Shown: positions 52,674-63,247, counted from the first letter of the stretch. The stretch: 64,000 bases of DNA from Candidatus Xenobia bacterium (GCA_045863235.1 BTUM01000009.1:68015-132014), one strand, 5' to 3'. The notes: generated by a model not told the origin, from the letters alone. Numbers and translations are program-made.

Positions 52674-53066
52674 GTGGACCCGAGAAAGCCGTCCCGGGGG
52701 CTCTCTTTGCTGGAGGTGGTGTTCGCCCTGGGGCTGTTCTTCATGGTGTTCTCCTTCGTCTTCGGGGTGTTTCCTGCCGCCTACCGGGCCTCGGCCCACG
52801 GACGGCACCAGGTGACCGCGGTCAACCTGGCTCGCGAATACATGGCCGTGGAGAAGTCCAAGTCTTACGACGCGGTGGTGAGCTCGGGGCCGGTGACCGT
52901 GCCGATCTCGAGCCAGCTCAACGGCGTGACCGTGGTCCACAACTACCAGGTCAACGTGGATGTCAACGAGGTCGAACCGGACAAACAGAAGACGCTGCTG
53001 GTAACCGTCCGGTGGGGGACCAGCGGCAGCAAGGTGGAGCTTGAGACCCTCGTCTGCAAGTGGTAG
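52674..53066 (+). CDS. Type IV pilin-like protein (PilV-like)
   Basis: Prepilin site RG|LSLLEV followed by a hydrophobic helix; TGcTACAAT 7 nt before GTG. Confidence 0.8.
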   Translation: MDPRKPSRGLSLLEVVFALGLFFMVFSFVFGVFPAAYRASAHGRHQVTAVNLAREYMAVEKSKSYDAVVSSGPVTVPISSQLNGVTVVHNYQVNVDVNEVEPDKQKTLLVTVRWGTSGSKVELETLVCKW

Positions 53067-53646
53067 AAGCGGAGCGACCCTGGTCGAGCTCATGGTCAGC
53101 TCGGGCGTGCTCATGCTGCTCATGACCGCGATGTACGCCCTGCTCACCTTCGGAATGCGCTACTACCAGACGGCCCAGGCGGCCGAAACCGTGCACCAGC
53201 AGGCCATGCTGGGGGTGCGCCGGCTGGCCACCGAGCTGCGACTGAGCAACGCCACCACGATCTCCTACCCCAGCCCCCCCACTTCCATCATTTTTCTCTC
53301 GGCCGACCAGGCCAGCGCGACTCCGGGACCGTGGAGCCACACCTCCACCGGCCAGCTGGAGTGGCACAAGTGGGTCTGCTACTACCTCGACGGCACCAAC
53401 CTGATCCGGAGCGAGCAGGCCCTGGGCGCTCCGGTCACCCTGCCCCCGGTGCCGGCTCCGCCCGCCCTGGCCAGCTTCCAGGCTCTGCCCGACAACCGCG
53501 TGGTGGCTCGCGAGCTCAGCGCCCTGAGCATCGGCGCCGGCAGCGCTCCCGGGTTGGTGGAGTTGACCATCACCGCCCGAGCCGCGACCACGACGACCAA
53601 ACTTACCGAGTTCAGCCTGCGCACTCAGACGCGAATGGAGAACTGA
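53041..53646 (+). CDS. Type IV pilin-like protein (PilW-like)
   Basis: SG|ATLVELMV prepilin motif; RRLATELR. Confidence 0.8.
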   Translation: MRPSSASGRSGATLVELMVSSGVLMLLMTAMYALLTFGMRYYQTAQAAETVHQQAMLGVRRLATELRLSNATTISYPSPPTSIIFLSADQASATPGPWSHTSTGQLEWHKWVCYYLDGTNLIRSEQALGAPVTLPPVPAPPALASFQALPDNRVVARELSALSIGAGSAPGLVELTITARAATTTTKLTEFSLRTQTRMEN

Positions 53647-53650
53647 TAGC

Positions 53651-54838
53651 ATGCCCTTGCGACGTCGGGGAATCGCTCTGGTCGTGGTGCTGATCAGCAT
53701 CGGGCTGCTGGGGGTCATCGCCTGGGGGATGGCCGCCATGGGCACCCACACGCTGGACATCTCCCGAAACGCCGTGCAGAACGACCAGGCCCTGCTGGCA
53801 GCCGACGGCGGCGCCTGGCGGGCGGTGGCCGAACTGGCTCGCAACGGGGGCTTTACCGGGTGGAGCACGGCTCAGACCCTGCCCACCACCGGGGCAAGCT
53901 ACACCGTGAGCATCACCAACGCCGGCGATACCGCGCCCGATGGCCAGGTGGTGCCGGCCGACATGGTCTACGTGCTCTCAGCAGGCATCCATCGCGGTGA
54001 GACGCGCCAGGTGGGACTGATGCTGCGAGCCAGTCAGAGCCAGTTTCCGGCGGCCGTGTTCGCGGCCGAAAGAGTCATGCTGGAGGATAACTCGCGGGTG
54101 GACAGCTGGGACTCGACAATTGGCTTCTACCCGGCCGGAGCCCAACCGATCAAAGCCCATGTGGGCACCAACCGGCAAAACAGCAATTCCATCGTGGTGG
54201 AAGATGGCTCTTACGTGGACGGAAACCTGCTCGTGCCTCCCGGCGCCGCCCCGGGAGCCACCCAGATCGACGCCTCCACCGTCACCGGGACAACGATCAC
54301 CATGGCCCAAACCCAGACACTCGATGATGTCGTCCTTCCGGCCGCTCCGACTGGAGCGGACATGGACTACGAATCAGACGCCACCCTGGCGCCCGGGGCC
54401 TACGGCAACCTCGAAATCGAAAATGGGGCCATGGTGACGCTGAGCCCGGGCACCTACGTCTTCAACACGATCCGCATGCGCGAAGGGGGGACCATCGCTA
54501 TCCCCGACGACGCCTCCGCCCCGGTCGAGATTTACGTGGCCGGCGAGGTCGAGATCGAGGACGGCAGCGTCGTGAACACTTCTCGCAAGCCCTCCATGCT
54601 CAAATTCTATGTGCGCGACGGTCCTGTGGAGCTCGATGACGACTCGGGCTCAGCTTACTTCGTCTGCTATGCCCCTCAGGCCAACGTTCGCTTTGACGAC
54701 GCCTCCCGTATGTACGGCTCTCTGGTGGGAAAGGACATCGAGATCGACGAGGACTCGGGGGTCACGTACGACCTCGCGCTCGGCAGCGCTACGGGGGGCC
54801 CGACGACGGTGGAGGTGGTGAGCCGTCAGGAACGTTAG
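53651..54838 (+). CDS. PilX-like minor pilin with a large C-terminal beta-rich domain
   Basis: RRRG|IALVVVL without Glu5; QALLAADGG. Confidence 0.78.
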   Translation: MPLRRRGIALVVVLISIGLLGVIAWGMAAMGTHTLDISRNAVQNDQALLAADGGAWRAVAELARNGGFTGWSTAQTLPTTGASYTVSITNAGDTAPDGQVVPADMVYVLSAGIHRGETRQVGLMLRASQSQFPAAVFAAERVMLEDNSRVDSWDSTIGFYPAGAQPIKAHVGTNRQNSNSIVVEDGSYVDGNLLVPPGAAPGATQIDASTVTGTTITMAQTQTLDDVVLPAAPTGADMDYESDATLAPGAYGNLEIENGAMVTLSPGTYVFNTIRMREGGTIAIPDDASAPVEIYVAGEVEIEDGSVVNTSRKPSMLKFYVRDGPVELDDDSGSAYFVCYAPQANVRFDDASRMYGSLVGKDIEIDEDSGVTYDLALGSATGGPTTVEVVSRQER

Positions 54839-55658
54839 CCGGCCCGCCCTCGAGGCGGTCGAGCCGCCAATGACCCCCCTCGCGAATCAAGGTCCATCTC
54901 CAAGGCTCCGAGCCTTTGGGACCGACCACCAGAACCTCCCCCTCTGACGGCTGCGGCTCAGCCCGGCGGTACTGCAGGTCCCAACGCCGACCGGCGTCCT
55001 CCAGATAAGCCATCTGAGCGGCATGAAAGGACTGCGGCGCGAGATGCGCGCGTGCCCGGCTGCTTAACAGGTCGCGCGCCGGGGTGAACTGCTTGAGCCG
55101 CACCAGAGCGATAAACTCATTTGCCGTCTGGCTGGCCGAGGGAGGCGCGGTAGGAGAGGCCGCCGGAGCCGGCGCCGGTCCGGCCGGACGGAAGATCAGG
55201 CCCACCAGCAGCCACACCCCCGCCAATCCAGCCAGAGCACGAATGATGCGGGGATTGACGGGCGCGCGAGAGGGCCGGCCCCGCGGCTTTGGAGCAGCCG
55301 GAGCTTCCTCCGCCCAGCTTTGCACATGGCTTTCGATCTGGTCGGCTCCCTGCGGGTCGAACATCCCCGGGCGCTCGCCGTCGAGATAGAGAACCCGCTT
55401 GCCGCCCGGCAGCGGCAGGCAGAGCACTGAGCGAAAAGCCAGGCCCGAATGGTGCCCGAGCTGTCGGTCCAGGACCGTATCCAGAATCAGCACACGCTCC
55501 TGCGTGGCGTGGCACCGCTTGACTGCGGTGGCTGAGGCGGGAGTGAGCTCCTCCTCAGGCCCCTGGCCGACGAGGACGGTCAGGGAGGGCACCATGACCA
55601 CGAAAGCCTGGCGCACGCCGGGACATCCCGCCAGCAGCTTGGCCAGCCGCTCGTTCAC
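54789..55658 (-). CDS. GAF-like domain + single TM + small extracellular domain protein
   Basis: RSVLCLPL...VLYLD GAF-like signature, Pro-rich linkers, one TM, W..IREGGHWRL. Confidence 0.6.
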   Translation of the reverse strand: MNERLAKLLAGCPGVRQAFVVMVPSLTVLVGQGPEEELTPASATAVKRCHATQERVLILDTVLDRQLGHHSGLAFRSVLCLPLPGGKRVLYLDGERPGMFDPQGADQIESHVQSWAEEAPAAPKPRGRPSRAPVNPRIIRALAGLAGVWLLVGLIFRPAGPAPAPAASPTAPPSASQTANEFIALVRLKQFTPARDLLSSRARAHLAPQSFHAAQMAYLEDAGRRWDLQYRRAEPQPSEGEVLVVGPKGSEPWRWTLIREGGHWRLDRLEGGPANVPDGSPPPPSSGPP

Positions 55659-56119
55659 GCGCCCAGCGAGATCGAGCGCCGGGGCGGCGGCGGGGAGCTT
55701 CGCGCCCCGGGAGTGCCTGCTGGGATGCGCTCTTGCAGCACGGTCATCAGGTCCCAGGGGGTGATGATCCCCACCAGTCGCTCGCCATCGGTGACGATCA
55801 GGCGCTGAACCCGGTGCTTGTCGAACAGCTCAACCGCATGGGCCACGTTGGAGTCGTGGCCAATCGTGAGGGCGGGGCTGGTCATGATGTCCTTGACCAG
55901 CAGCTCCTCGCGATCGGGCAAGACCTCCCCGGGGCGAGGAAAGAGCTGCTTGACGGCGATATCGGTAAAGGAGACCACCCCCACGACCTTGCCCTGACCG
56001 TCCAGAACTGGACAGCCAGCGACCTGGCGCTCTACGAGCTCGCGGGTCAGCTCCTTGACGGTGGTCTCGGGCGTCACAAAGTAGGGGTCGTGATGGATGA
56101 TGTCTTTGAAGCGGCGCAC
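55655..56119 (-). CDS. CBS domain pair protein
   Basis: PVLDGQGKVVGVVSFTD, VKDIMT, LVGIITPWDL. Confidence 0.9.
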   Translation of the reverse strand: MRRFKDIIHHDPYFVTPETTVKELTRELVERQVAGCPVLDGQGKVVGVVSFTDIAVKQLFPRPGEVLPDREELLVKDIMTSPALTIGHDSNVAHAVELFDKHRVQRLIVTDGERLVGIITPWDLMTVLQERIPAGTPGARSSPPPPRRSISLGA

Positions 56120-56177
56120 GAACCAACAAGGTTCCCCTGAAGCGCTCTTGCTTCCTGCGCTCTCCCAAACCAGCACA

Positions 56178-58235
56178 TCACTGACCCAACTCGTCAGCCA
56201 GCGCCGCAGCGTCGTAAACTTTGCGCAAGGCCTCGGTGATGGCCCGCGAGTCGACCGAAGTGGCCCGGGCCTGCACCTCCGAGTAGGCGTAGTCGAGCAC
56301 CAGCGACTGGATGTTGCCGTCGAAGATCAAGCCTACCACCTGACCCTCCCGGTTGACCGTCGGGCTGCCCGAATTGCCGCCGATGATGTCGGCCGTGCTC
56401 ACGAAGTTGAAGGGGGTGCTCAAGTCGAGTCGGGATTTACGCTCGACCCAGCGCCTGGGGAGTCGGAATGGAACCTCGTTGCCGTGCTCGGCCGAGCGAC
56501 GGTAGAGCCCGGCGAAGTCGGTAAAGGCGGGAACCGCACGGCCATCCTCCCGGTAACCCTTGACCACCCCGAAGGAGAGCCGCAGGGTGAAGGTGGCGTC
56601 GGGAGCAAGCTCGGTTCCGTACTTCGCAAAGCGAGCCTGGGCGATGGCCGAGTAAGCCTGCCGCAATGGCTCGGAGACTTGCTCGTCATAGGCTTTGCGA
56701 ACTTTGCGCGCAGTGGGATCGACCAGCAGCGCCAGATCGATCATCGGGTCCTTCGAGTCGGCCGCTCCGGTCTCAGCCAGGCGCTTGCGCTCGGCCACGT
56801 CCAGAAGGCGGGTGCCATTGACCAGCTCGACAGCCCGCTCGCGGGGCGACTTGCCAGCCAGGATCCGCCTGACCAGAGGGTCCTCAGGCCCTCGCAGCTC
56901 GAGCAGCATGGCCAGCGAGTCGGCCAGCTTGACGCGCTCGAACTCGGGGTAGATCGGGGCAGGGGAGAACAACTCTTGTTGCAGTGACTCCAGGTTCGAG
57001 TCGCGATACTCGCGCAGTCGATCGGTATTGGGCTTGGACACCTCGGTCCGATACCGGGCGAGGCTCTGAGCCAGCTCGAACAGCCGACTGTTGAAGGCGT
57101 AGTGACGCTCATAGAGGTATAGATCGTCGAGAATCTGGCCATACAGACGGATGGCCTGCTCCACCTGAGTGAAAGCCGCGCTCCACTCCGGACTGCCGGC
57201 CACCGCCTGACGCAGCTCGTCTTCCAGCTTCTGCTTGGCAGCCATGAAAGCCGGATCCTGCAAGCCACCCAGACGACCGAGCAGGGCCTTGCGCGAGTTT
57301 TGCACCCCGAAGAGATCGTCCTTGGACTGGCGCTTGTTCTCCTGGGTGCGCTCGCCATAGGTGGCGTAGAGCACTTCCAGACGACGCAGCAGGTTGAGCA
57401 CCAGCGGAAGGCGTCGGTCGCGCTGGAAAGCCAGGTCAGCCATGGTGTTCAAACGCTGGGTGTTGCCCGGATGACCGGACACAAAGACCAGCTCGCCGTC
57501 CCTGGGGCCGGTCGGGCTCCACTTGAGGAAATGCTCGATCCGGGCCGGCTGCCCGTTCTCGTAGGCTCGAAAGAAGGTGACATCCAGATCGTAACGGGGG
57601 AACTCGAAGTTGTCCGTATCCCCTCCGAAAAACGCGATGTCTTGCTCGGGCGCGAAGACCAGCCGCACATCGGTGTATTTCTTGTAGCGGTAGAGGTGGT
57701 AGCGCCCGCCCTGATACAGGGTCACCACGTCGCTGCGCAAACCTGTCTTGTCGGTGGACTCCTTCTCGATGGTGTTCATCTCGGCTCGTCGGGCCTTCTC
57801 GGCCGCCGCCGCGTCCATCCCCGACTTGACCGAGCCCTGCACCCTGCCGGTCACGTCCTCGACCGTCATCAGCACATTCAGCTCCAGGTCCGGACACTTC
57901 AGCTCCTGGGCCTGCGAAGTCGCCAGGTAGCCGGTGTCGAGCAGGTCTTTGCCGGGGGAGCTGAGCTTGGCGATCTGCTCGGCGCCCACGTGATGATTGG
58001 TCATCACCAGTCCTCGAGAGGAGACGAACGAGCCCGAGCCCCCGCTGTTGAAGCGCACGCTGGACTTCTGCAAATGCTCCAGCCAGGCGGACCCGGGCTC
58101 GAAGCCGTAGCGTTCCTTCAAGATCTTCACCGGGGGATCGGAGTACAGCCACATGCCTTCATCGGCTTGGGACGGGGCGGAGGCAGTCAACAGCAAGCCT
58201 CCGGCCAGGACAGCAGCAAGAAAACGGCGATTCAT
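56178..58235 (-). CDS. S46 family dipeptidyl peptidase
   Basis: Signal peptide then ADEGMW; GSGSFVS, TNHHV, FFGGDTDNF, DIIGGNSGSP, GLIFDGN. Confidence 0.94.
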   Translation of the reverse strand: MNRRFLAAVLAGGLLLTASAPSQADEGMWLYSDPPVKILKERYGFEPGSAWLEHLQKSSVRFNSGGSGSFVSSRGLVMTNHHVGAEQIAKLSSPGKDLLDTGYLATSQAQELKCPDLELNVLMTVEDVTGRVQGSVKSGMDAAAAEKARRAEMNTIEKESTDKTGLRSDVVTLYQGGRYHLYRYKKYTDVRLVFAPEQDIAFFGGDTDNFEFPRYDLDVTFFRAYENGQPARIEHFLKWSPTGPRDGELVFVSGHPGNTQRLNTMADLAFQRDRRLPLVLNLLRRLEVLYATYGERTQENKRQSKDDLFGVQNSRKALLGRLGGLQDPAFMAAKQKLEDELRQAVAGSPEWSAAFTQVEQAIRLYGQILDDLYLYERHYAFNSRLFELAQSLARYRTEVSKPNTDRLREYRDSNLESLQQELFSPAPIYPEFERVKLADSLAMLLELRGPEDPLVRRILAGKSPRERAVELVNGTRLLDVAERKRLAETGAADSKDPMIDLALLVDPTARKVRKAYDEQVSEPLRQAYSAIAQARFAKYGTELAPDATFTLRLSFGVVKGYREDGRAVPAFTDFAGLYRRSAEHGNEVPFRLPRRWVERKSRLDLSTPFNFVSTADIIGGNSGSPTVNREGQVVGLIFDGNIQSLVLDYAYSEVQARATSVDSRAITEALRKVYDAAALADELGQ

Positions 58236-58304
58236 CCGGGCCCGTTCCCCTCGGCAAAGGTCGTTCCTGCAGGGCCGGCGCCGAGTTTGGAGAACCCCTG
58301 GCCC

Positions 58305-59444
58305 GTGAGCATCGACAGCGACTCCAGCTTGAGCCCCCCTCGCGGCCTCGTATCTGACGAGACTCCGCTGCGCCCGGTGGTGATCGTGGGGGCCGGCCCG
58401 GCCGGCCTGGCGCTGGCTTATCAGCTGAAACTGCGCCAGATCCCGTGCCTGTTGCTGGAGAAGGGGCCCAACGTGGCCAGCTCGTTCCATGGGATGTACA
58501 AAAGTATCTTTTTCGGCCCCTGGCTCAATAACACTCTACCCGGCGGACCTGTGCCCTGGCACCAGATCTTCTCGCGCACCCGGCGCAAGGAGTGGCTCGA
58601 GTATCTCGACAGCTTCGCCAGTCGAAACGCCCTGGACGTGCGCTGCGGTATCAAGGTCGAGGGCATCGAGCGCAATGGCAGCTTCCGACTCCAGACCAAC
58701 CAGGGGCCCATCGTGGCCGATCTGGTGGTCAATGCCACGGGCTACTTCGGCAACCCGTTCACCCCCGAGTATCCGGGAAGCCAGAGCACGCGTATCGCCC
58801 AGATGCACGCTCACGACTACCTCGAACCCGCCACCGTGGCCGAGAAAATCGGCGCACCCCGCGGCCGCATCCTGATGGTCGGAAAGCGCATCTCGGCCGG
58901 CGAGCTGATGGTGGAATTGCACCAGGCCGGCTACCAGGTCTCCCTATCGTGTCGTCGCAAGCTGCGGTTCGGCTCATCCTACCTGCAACAAGCCCTGTTT
59001 GCCCCCTTCGTGATGCTCTTCGAGACCATCGGCGCCTGGTTGGGCATCAAGCTTTCCGACACCAATCCCCGCATGGTGGGCGGGACCAGCCAGCAGCTGG
59101 TGCGCTCGGGGCAGGTCGAGGTCTTCCCTGACATCCAGGAGATCGGCGACACCACGGTGCGTTTCGTGGACGGGCGCGAGGCCGCCTTCGACCTGATCAT
59201 CTACTCCACAGGCTACCGCCCGGTGCTGTCGCATCTCCAGAGCCTGGTGAGCCTCGACCCCAAGACCGGTCAGCCTCCACTGGTCAACATGGAAGCTCGC
59301 GACGTACCCGGCCTCTTCTTCATGGGCCTGGACAACCAGCGCAGCTTCCGCAGCCGCTACCTGCGCGGCATTCGCGAGGACGCGGTAGCCCTGGCCGAGC
59401 GCATCGCGACTCGAGTGGGCACCCTGACCCGGCCAGCGGGGTAG
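58305..59444 (+). CDS. Flavin-containing monooxygenase-like FAD-dependent oxidoreductase
   Basis: IVGAGPAGL, NATGYF, HAHDY, STGYRP; start position uncertain. Confidence 0.85.
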   Translation: MSIDSDSSLSPPRGLVSDETPLRPVVIVGAGPAGLALAYQLKLRQIPCLLLEKGPNVASSFHGMYKSIFFGPWLNNTLPGGPVPWHQIFSRTRRKEWLEYLDSFASRNALDVRCGIKVEGIERNGSFRLQTNQGPIVADLVVNATGYFGNPFTPEYPGSQSTRIAQMHAHDYLEPATVAEKIGAPRGRILMVGKRISAGELMVELHQAGYQVSLSCRRKLRFGSSYLQQALFAPFVMLFETIGAWLGIKLSDTNPRMVGGTSQQLVRSGQVEVFPDIQEIGDTTVRFVDGREAAFDLIIYSTGYRPVLSHLQSLVSLDPKTGQPPLVNMEARDVPGLFFMGLDNQRSFRSRYLRGIREDAVALAERIATRVGTLTRPAG

Positions 59445-59538
59445 ACCATACCCTTCCGCCGTTTCTTCCCAGAGAGCAGGGCGAGGAGGGCGGACGACAG
59501 AACTGTGCACATTCAGTTTCAGAAAGGTTCCCACGCCC

Positions 59539-62193
59539 ATGAAAGGCGCCGAAATCCGCCAGTCCTTCCTCGACTTCTTCAAAGAGCGCGCTCATGACAT
59601 TGTTCCCAGCGCCCCCGTCGTGCCGCACGACGATCCCACGCTGCTCTTCACCAATGCCGGCATGAACCAGTTCAAGCCTTTCTTCCTGGGGCAGGCAACA
59701 CCGGCCAACCGGCGCATCGCCGACACCCAGAAGTGCATCCGGGTCTCGGGCAAGCACAACGACCTCGAGGAAGTGGGCCACGACACCTACCACCACACCT
59801 TCTTCGAAATGCTGGGCAACTGGTCCATCGGCGACTACTACAAAAGCGAAGCGATCTCATGGGCCTGGGAGCTGTTGACGAAAGTCTGGAAAATCCCAAA
59901 GCAACGGCTTCACGCCACCGTTTTTGGAGGAGATGAGCAAGTTCCGGCCGACGAAGAGGCGGTTTCGCTCTGGCAAGACGTCACCGACATCGACCATGGC
60001 CACATCCATCGCTTCGGGCGCAAAGACAACTTCTGGATGATGGGCGAGACGGGCCCCTGCGGGCCCTGCTCGGAGATCCACATCGACCTGACCCCCGATT
60101 GCTCGGGCAGCACGCTGGTCAACGCCGGCTCGCCGCTGGTCATGGAGCTCTGGAACCTGGTGTTCATCCAGTTCAACGCCGAGGAAGGCGGGGGGCTGCG
60201 CGAGTTGCCCGCCAAGCACGTCGATACCGGCATGGGTCTCGAACGCGTCGCGGCAGTCATGGAGTGCACCGATGGCTGCAAAGACTTCCAGCGTCCCATC
60301 TCCAACTATGATACCGAGATCTTCCAGCCCATCGTCCGCGAGCTGGTCTCGATGTCGGGCTGCCAGTATGCTCCCGGTCAGTCCGAAGACGAGCACTCCA
60401 TCGCGATGCGGGTTTGTGCCGACCACATCCGCATGGTCAGCTTCAGCATCGCTGACGGGGCCCTCCCCTCCAACGATGGTCGTGGCTACGTGGTGCGGCG
60501 CCTCTTGCGCCGAGCCGCCCGCTACGGACGCAAACTGGGCTTCAAAGAGCCCTTCCTGTGGAAGCTGGTCAGCGTGCTCGACCGCACCATGGGCGACGCA
60601 TTCCCCGAGGTCCGCCGCGAGCGCGAGAAGCTCGAGCGCATCCTCAAGGCCGAGGAGGAGTCGTTCAACCAGACTCTGGACCGGGGGTTGTCGCTCTTCC
60701 AGGAAGAGGCCGAAAAAGTCGAAGGCAAGAGCTTTCCCGGACACGTGGCCTTCAAGCTTTACGACACCTTCGGCTTTCCGCGCGACCTGACCGAGGTGCT
60801 CGCCCGCGAGCGCGGGTTGGACGTGGACACAGCCGCTTTCGAGGCCCTCATGGCCGAGCAGAAGCTGCGTGCCCGCTCGGCCAAGGTCAAAACCGTGGTC
60901 AGCGCGGCCACCGAGGAGCTCAACCTCGAGCCCACTCCCTTCACGGGCTTCACCCGACTCGAGGAGTCCACCCGCGTGCTCCAACGCCTGGGCGACGACG
61001 TCGTTCTGGAACGAACCCCTTTCTACGGCGAAATGGGCGGCCAGGTAGGCGACACCGGAAGTCTACGCGCCATCGCGGGCGATTTTCGGGTCACCGAAAC
61101 GCGCAAGAAGGAAGGGGTGGTGCTGCACCACGTCGAGGGCTCCGGGCTGCAGATCGGAGACGAGGTGCGAGCGGTGGTGGACCGCGACCGGCGCCTGGCG
61201 GTGGAGCGGCACCACACCGCCACCCACATTCTGCACAACGTCCTGCGCCAGGTGCTCGGTAGCACCGTGCGTCAACAGGGCTCCCTGGTCGCCCCCGACC
61301 GTCTGCGCTTCGACTTCACGCACTACGAAGCGGTGCGTCCCGGCGAACTGCGCGCCATCGAGCGCCTCATCAACGAGCACATCCTGGCCAACGAGGGTGT
61401 CTCCTGGTTCGAGATCCCCTACGACCAGAAGCCCGACAGCGTCATCGCCTTCTTCGGGGACAAGTACGGCAACCGTGTGCGGGTGGTGAAGATAGGGGGC
61501 CAGGGAGTGGGCGAGCTGCCCGAGCCGGCCTTCGACGGCTACTCGATGGAGCTTTGCGGCGGCACGCACACCCTGCGCACCGGCCAGCTCGGTCCATTCC
61601 GCTTTGTGCACGAGAGCGCCATCGCGGCCGGAGTCCGCCGCGTCGAAGCAGTCTGCGGCCTGGCGGCCGTGGAGGCCTACGAGCGCGACCGCGAGATTCT
61701 CGAGAACCTTTGCCGGCGGCTGACCTCACCTCCGGCCGAGCTCGAGAAACGACTGGAGCAGCTGCTCGAGAGCCAGAAAAAGCTGGAGAAAGAGCTGGAG
61801 ACTCTCAAGCTGGCCGCGGCCGGCTCGCAGGTGGGAGACCTTCTGAGCCGCCAGCAAGAGGTGGAGGGTGTGCCGGTTCTTGCCGTTTCAGCCGGCGACG
61901 GGGATGCTGAGTACCTGCGCAAACTGGCTGACGCGCTGCGCCCCAAGTTCCATGGCGTGGCCGTGCTCGGTGCCACCTCGGGGGGCAAGGTCTCCCTGCT
62001 GGCCCTGGTGGACAAGGAACTGACCAAAAAGGGCCTCCACGCCGGGAACCTCATTCGCGAGGTGGCCCGCCAGGTGGGTGGGGGGGGCGGCGGTCGTCCC
62101 GATCTGGCCGAGGCCGGGGGAAAGGACCCCTCGCGCCTGGAAGCGGCCCTGGCCAGCGTCGGCGAGCTGGTGAAAGGACAGAAGAATGCGTAA
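59539..62193 (+). CDS. alaS: Alanine--tRNA ligase
   Basis: DPTLLFTNAGMNQFK, HHTFFEMLGNWS, GPCGPCSE, DTGMGLER, HTATH, ELCGGTH, GGGRPDLA. Confidence 0.98.
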   Translation: MKGAEIRQSFLDFFKERAHDIVPSAPVVPHDDPTLLFTNAGMNQFKPFFLGQATPANRRIADTQKCIRVSGKHNDLEEVGHDTYHHTFFEMLGNWSIGDYYKSEAISWAWELLTKVWKIPKQRLHATVFGGDEQVPADEEAVSLWQDVTDIDHGHIHRFGRKDNFWMMGETGPCGPCSEIHIDLTPDCSGSTLVNAGSPLVMELWNLVFIQFNAEEGGGLRELPAKHVDTGMGLERVAAVMECTDGCKDFQRPISNYDTEIFQPIVRELVSMSGCQYAPGQSEDEHSIAMRVCADHIRMVSFSIADGALPSNDGRGYVVRRLLRRAARYGRKLGFKEPFLWKLVSVLDRTMGDAFPEVRREREKLERILKAEEESFNQTLDRGLSLFQEEAEKVEGKSFPGHVAFKLYDTFGFPRDLTEVLARERGLDVDTAAFEALMAEQKLRARSAKVKTVVSAATEELNLEPTPFTGFTRLEESTRVLQRLGDDVVLERTPFYGEMGGQVGDTGSLRAIAGDFRVTETRKKEGVVLHHVEGSGLQIGDEVRAVVDRDRRLAVERHHTATHILHNVLRQVLGSTVRQQGSLVAPDRLRFDFTHYEAVRPGELRAIERLINEHILANEGVSWFEIPYDQKPDSVIAFFGDKYGNRVRVVKIGGQGVGELPEPAFDGYSMELCGGTHTLRTGQLGPFRFVHESAIAAGVRRVEAVCGLAAVEAYERDREILENLCRRLTSPPAELEKRLEQLLESQKKLEKELETLKLAAAGSQVGDLLSRQQEVEGVPVLAVSAGDGDAEYLRKLADALRPKFHGVAVLGATSGGKVSLLALVDKELTKKGLHAGNLIREVARQVGGGGGGRPDLAEAGGKDPSRLEAALASVGELVKGQKNA

Positions 62194-62878
62194 ACTCACG
62201 TTGTTGCTGGTGTTGGCCCTGGCCGGTGTAGCCCTGGCTCGAATCCAGGTCACCAGCCCCAAGATCAGCGAGACCAGACCCCGCTACTCGATCGAGATCG
62301 TCTATCCCCGGGTGTCCATCCCGGGTAACCACAAGGTTACTCGCAGGATCAACCAGATCCTGGACCAGGAGGCTCACGCTCAGGCGGCCAGTTTCCGCAA
62401 GGACTTCAACGAGAACGGGAAAGACATGCCGGCGGAGACTCCGCCCTGGACTTTGACCTCGTCTTATGCCGAGGAATACCAGACCGAACGCTTCCTGGTC
62501 TTCCTGCAGTCCGGCTATCTCTATACCGGCGGCGCCCACGGCATGCCGCTGCTGGATGCCTTCATCTTCGATCTGACCAGCGGCAAGAGATTGACCATGG
62601 CCGACCTGTACCAGCCTGGCTATCTGGACGTGCTGAGCCGCTATACGCGTCAGAAGCTGCAGGCAGACAAAGATCTGATCGGCGAGGCGGATTGGGTCAT
62701 CACCGGCACCGAACCCAAGCCAGAGAACTTCACGGTGGTCTTTCCAACCCCGCAGGGCATCCAGGTGGTCTTCCCCCCCTACCAGGTGGCGGCCTACGCC
62801 TCTGGAATGCCCAGAGTCCTGGTGCCTTACTCCGAACTGGCCAGCCTGGCCCGGCCCGGCACGCCTACCAGGCCCTGA
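62186..62878 (+). CDS. Secreted DUF3298/DUF4163 (RsiV/PdaC-like) protein
   Basis: Signal peptide; YTGGAHG, FDLTSGKRL, FPPYQVAAYASG. Confidence 0.85.
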   Translation: MRKLTLLLVLALAGVALARIQVTSPKISETRPRYSIEIVYPRVSIPGNHKVTRRINQILDQEAHAQAASFRKDFNENGKDMPAETPPWTLTSSYAEEYQTERFLVFLQSGYLYTGGAHGMPLLDAFIFDLTSGKRLTMADLYQPGYLDVLSRYTRQKLQADKDLIGEADWVITGTEPKPENFTVVFPTPQGIQVVFPPYQVAAYASGMPRVLVPYSELASLARPGTPTRP

Positions 62879-63247
62879 TCAGGTCTGGTTCCAGGGGGTC
62901 CGGAAGCTGGGGTCGCCCATCCAGCCCTCCTTGTTCTGGCTGGCCTTGTGGCCAGAGGTGAATTTCTCGAGATCGGAGTCCACGTAGTAGGAGCCCACGA
63001 ACTCGAGCTTGAGACGCTTCTGACCGCACTTGGTGCAGGCGACCTGGTGCAGGCGAGTGGGATCGTTGATCAGCCCGTCCGCGCGGGTCACATGGCCTCC
63101 ACAGCGGTCACAGTTGTTCTTGCCTTCACTGGTCTGAATGCTCTGACAGTAGGGACAGTAGATGGTGGCCGCCTGGCCGACCCCTTCTCCGAATCGCGTG
63201 ACACAGTGACCGCAGGCTTCGCATGTCACCTCGCAAAGTCGCCCCAT
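62879..63247 (-). CDS. Small zinc-ribbon protein
   Basis: Four CxxC pairs: CEAC, CPYC, CDRC, CTKC. Confidence 0.72.
   Translation of the reverse strand: MGRLCEVTCEACGHCVTRFGEGVGQAATIYCPYCQSIQTSEGKNNCDRCGGHVTRADGLINDPTRLHQVACTKCGQKRLKLEFVGSYYVDSDLEKFTSGHKASQNKEGWMGDPSFRTPWNQT

Noticed and set aside
59511..59522. TTTCAG box upstream of alaS
   Set aside because: ATTCAGTTTCAG has a 6-bp period, not the 11-bp period of the regulon box.
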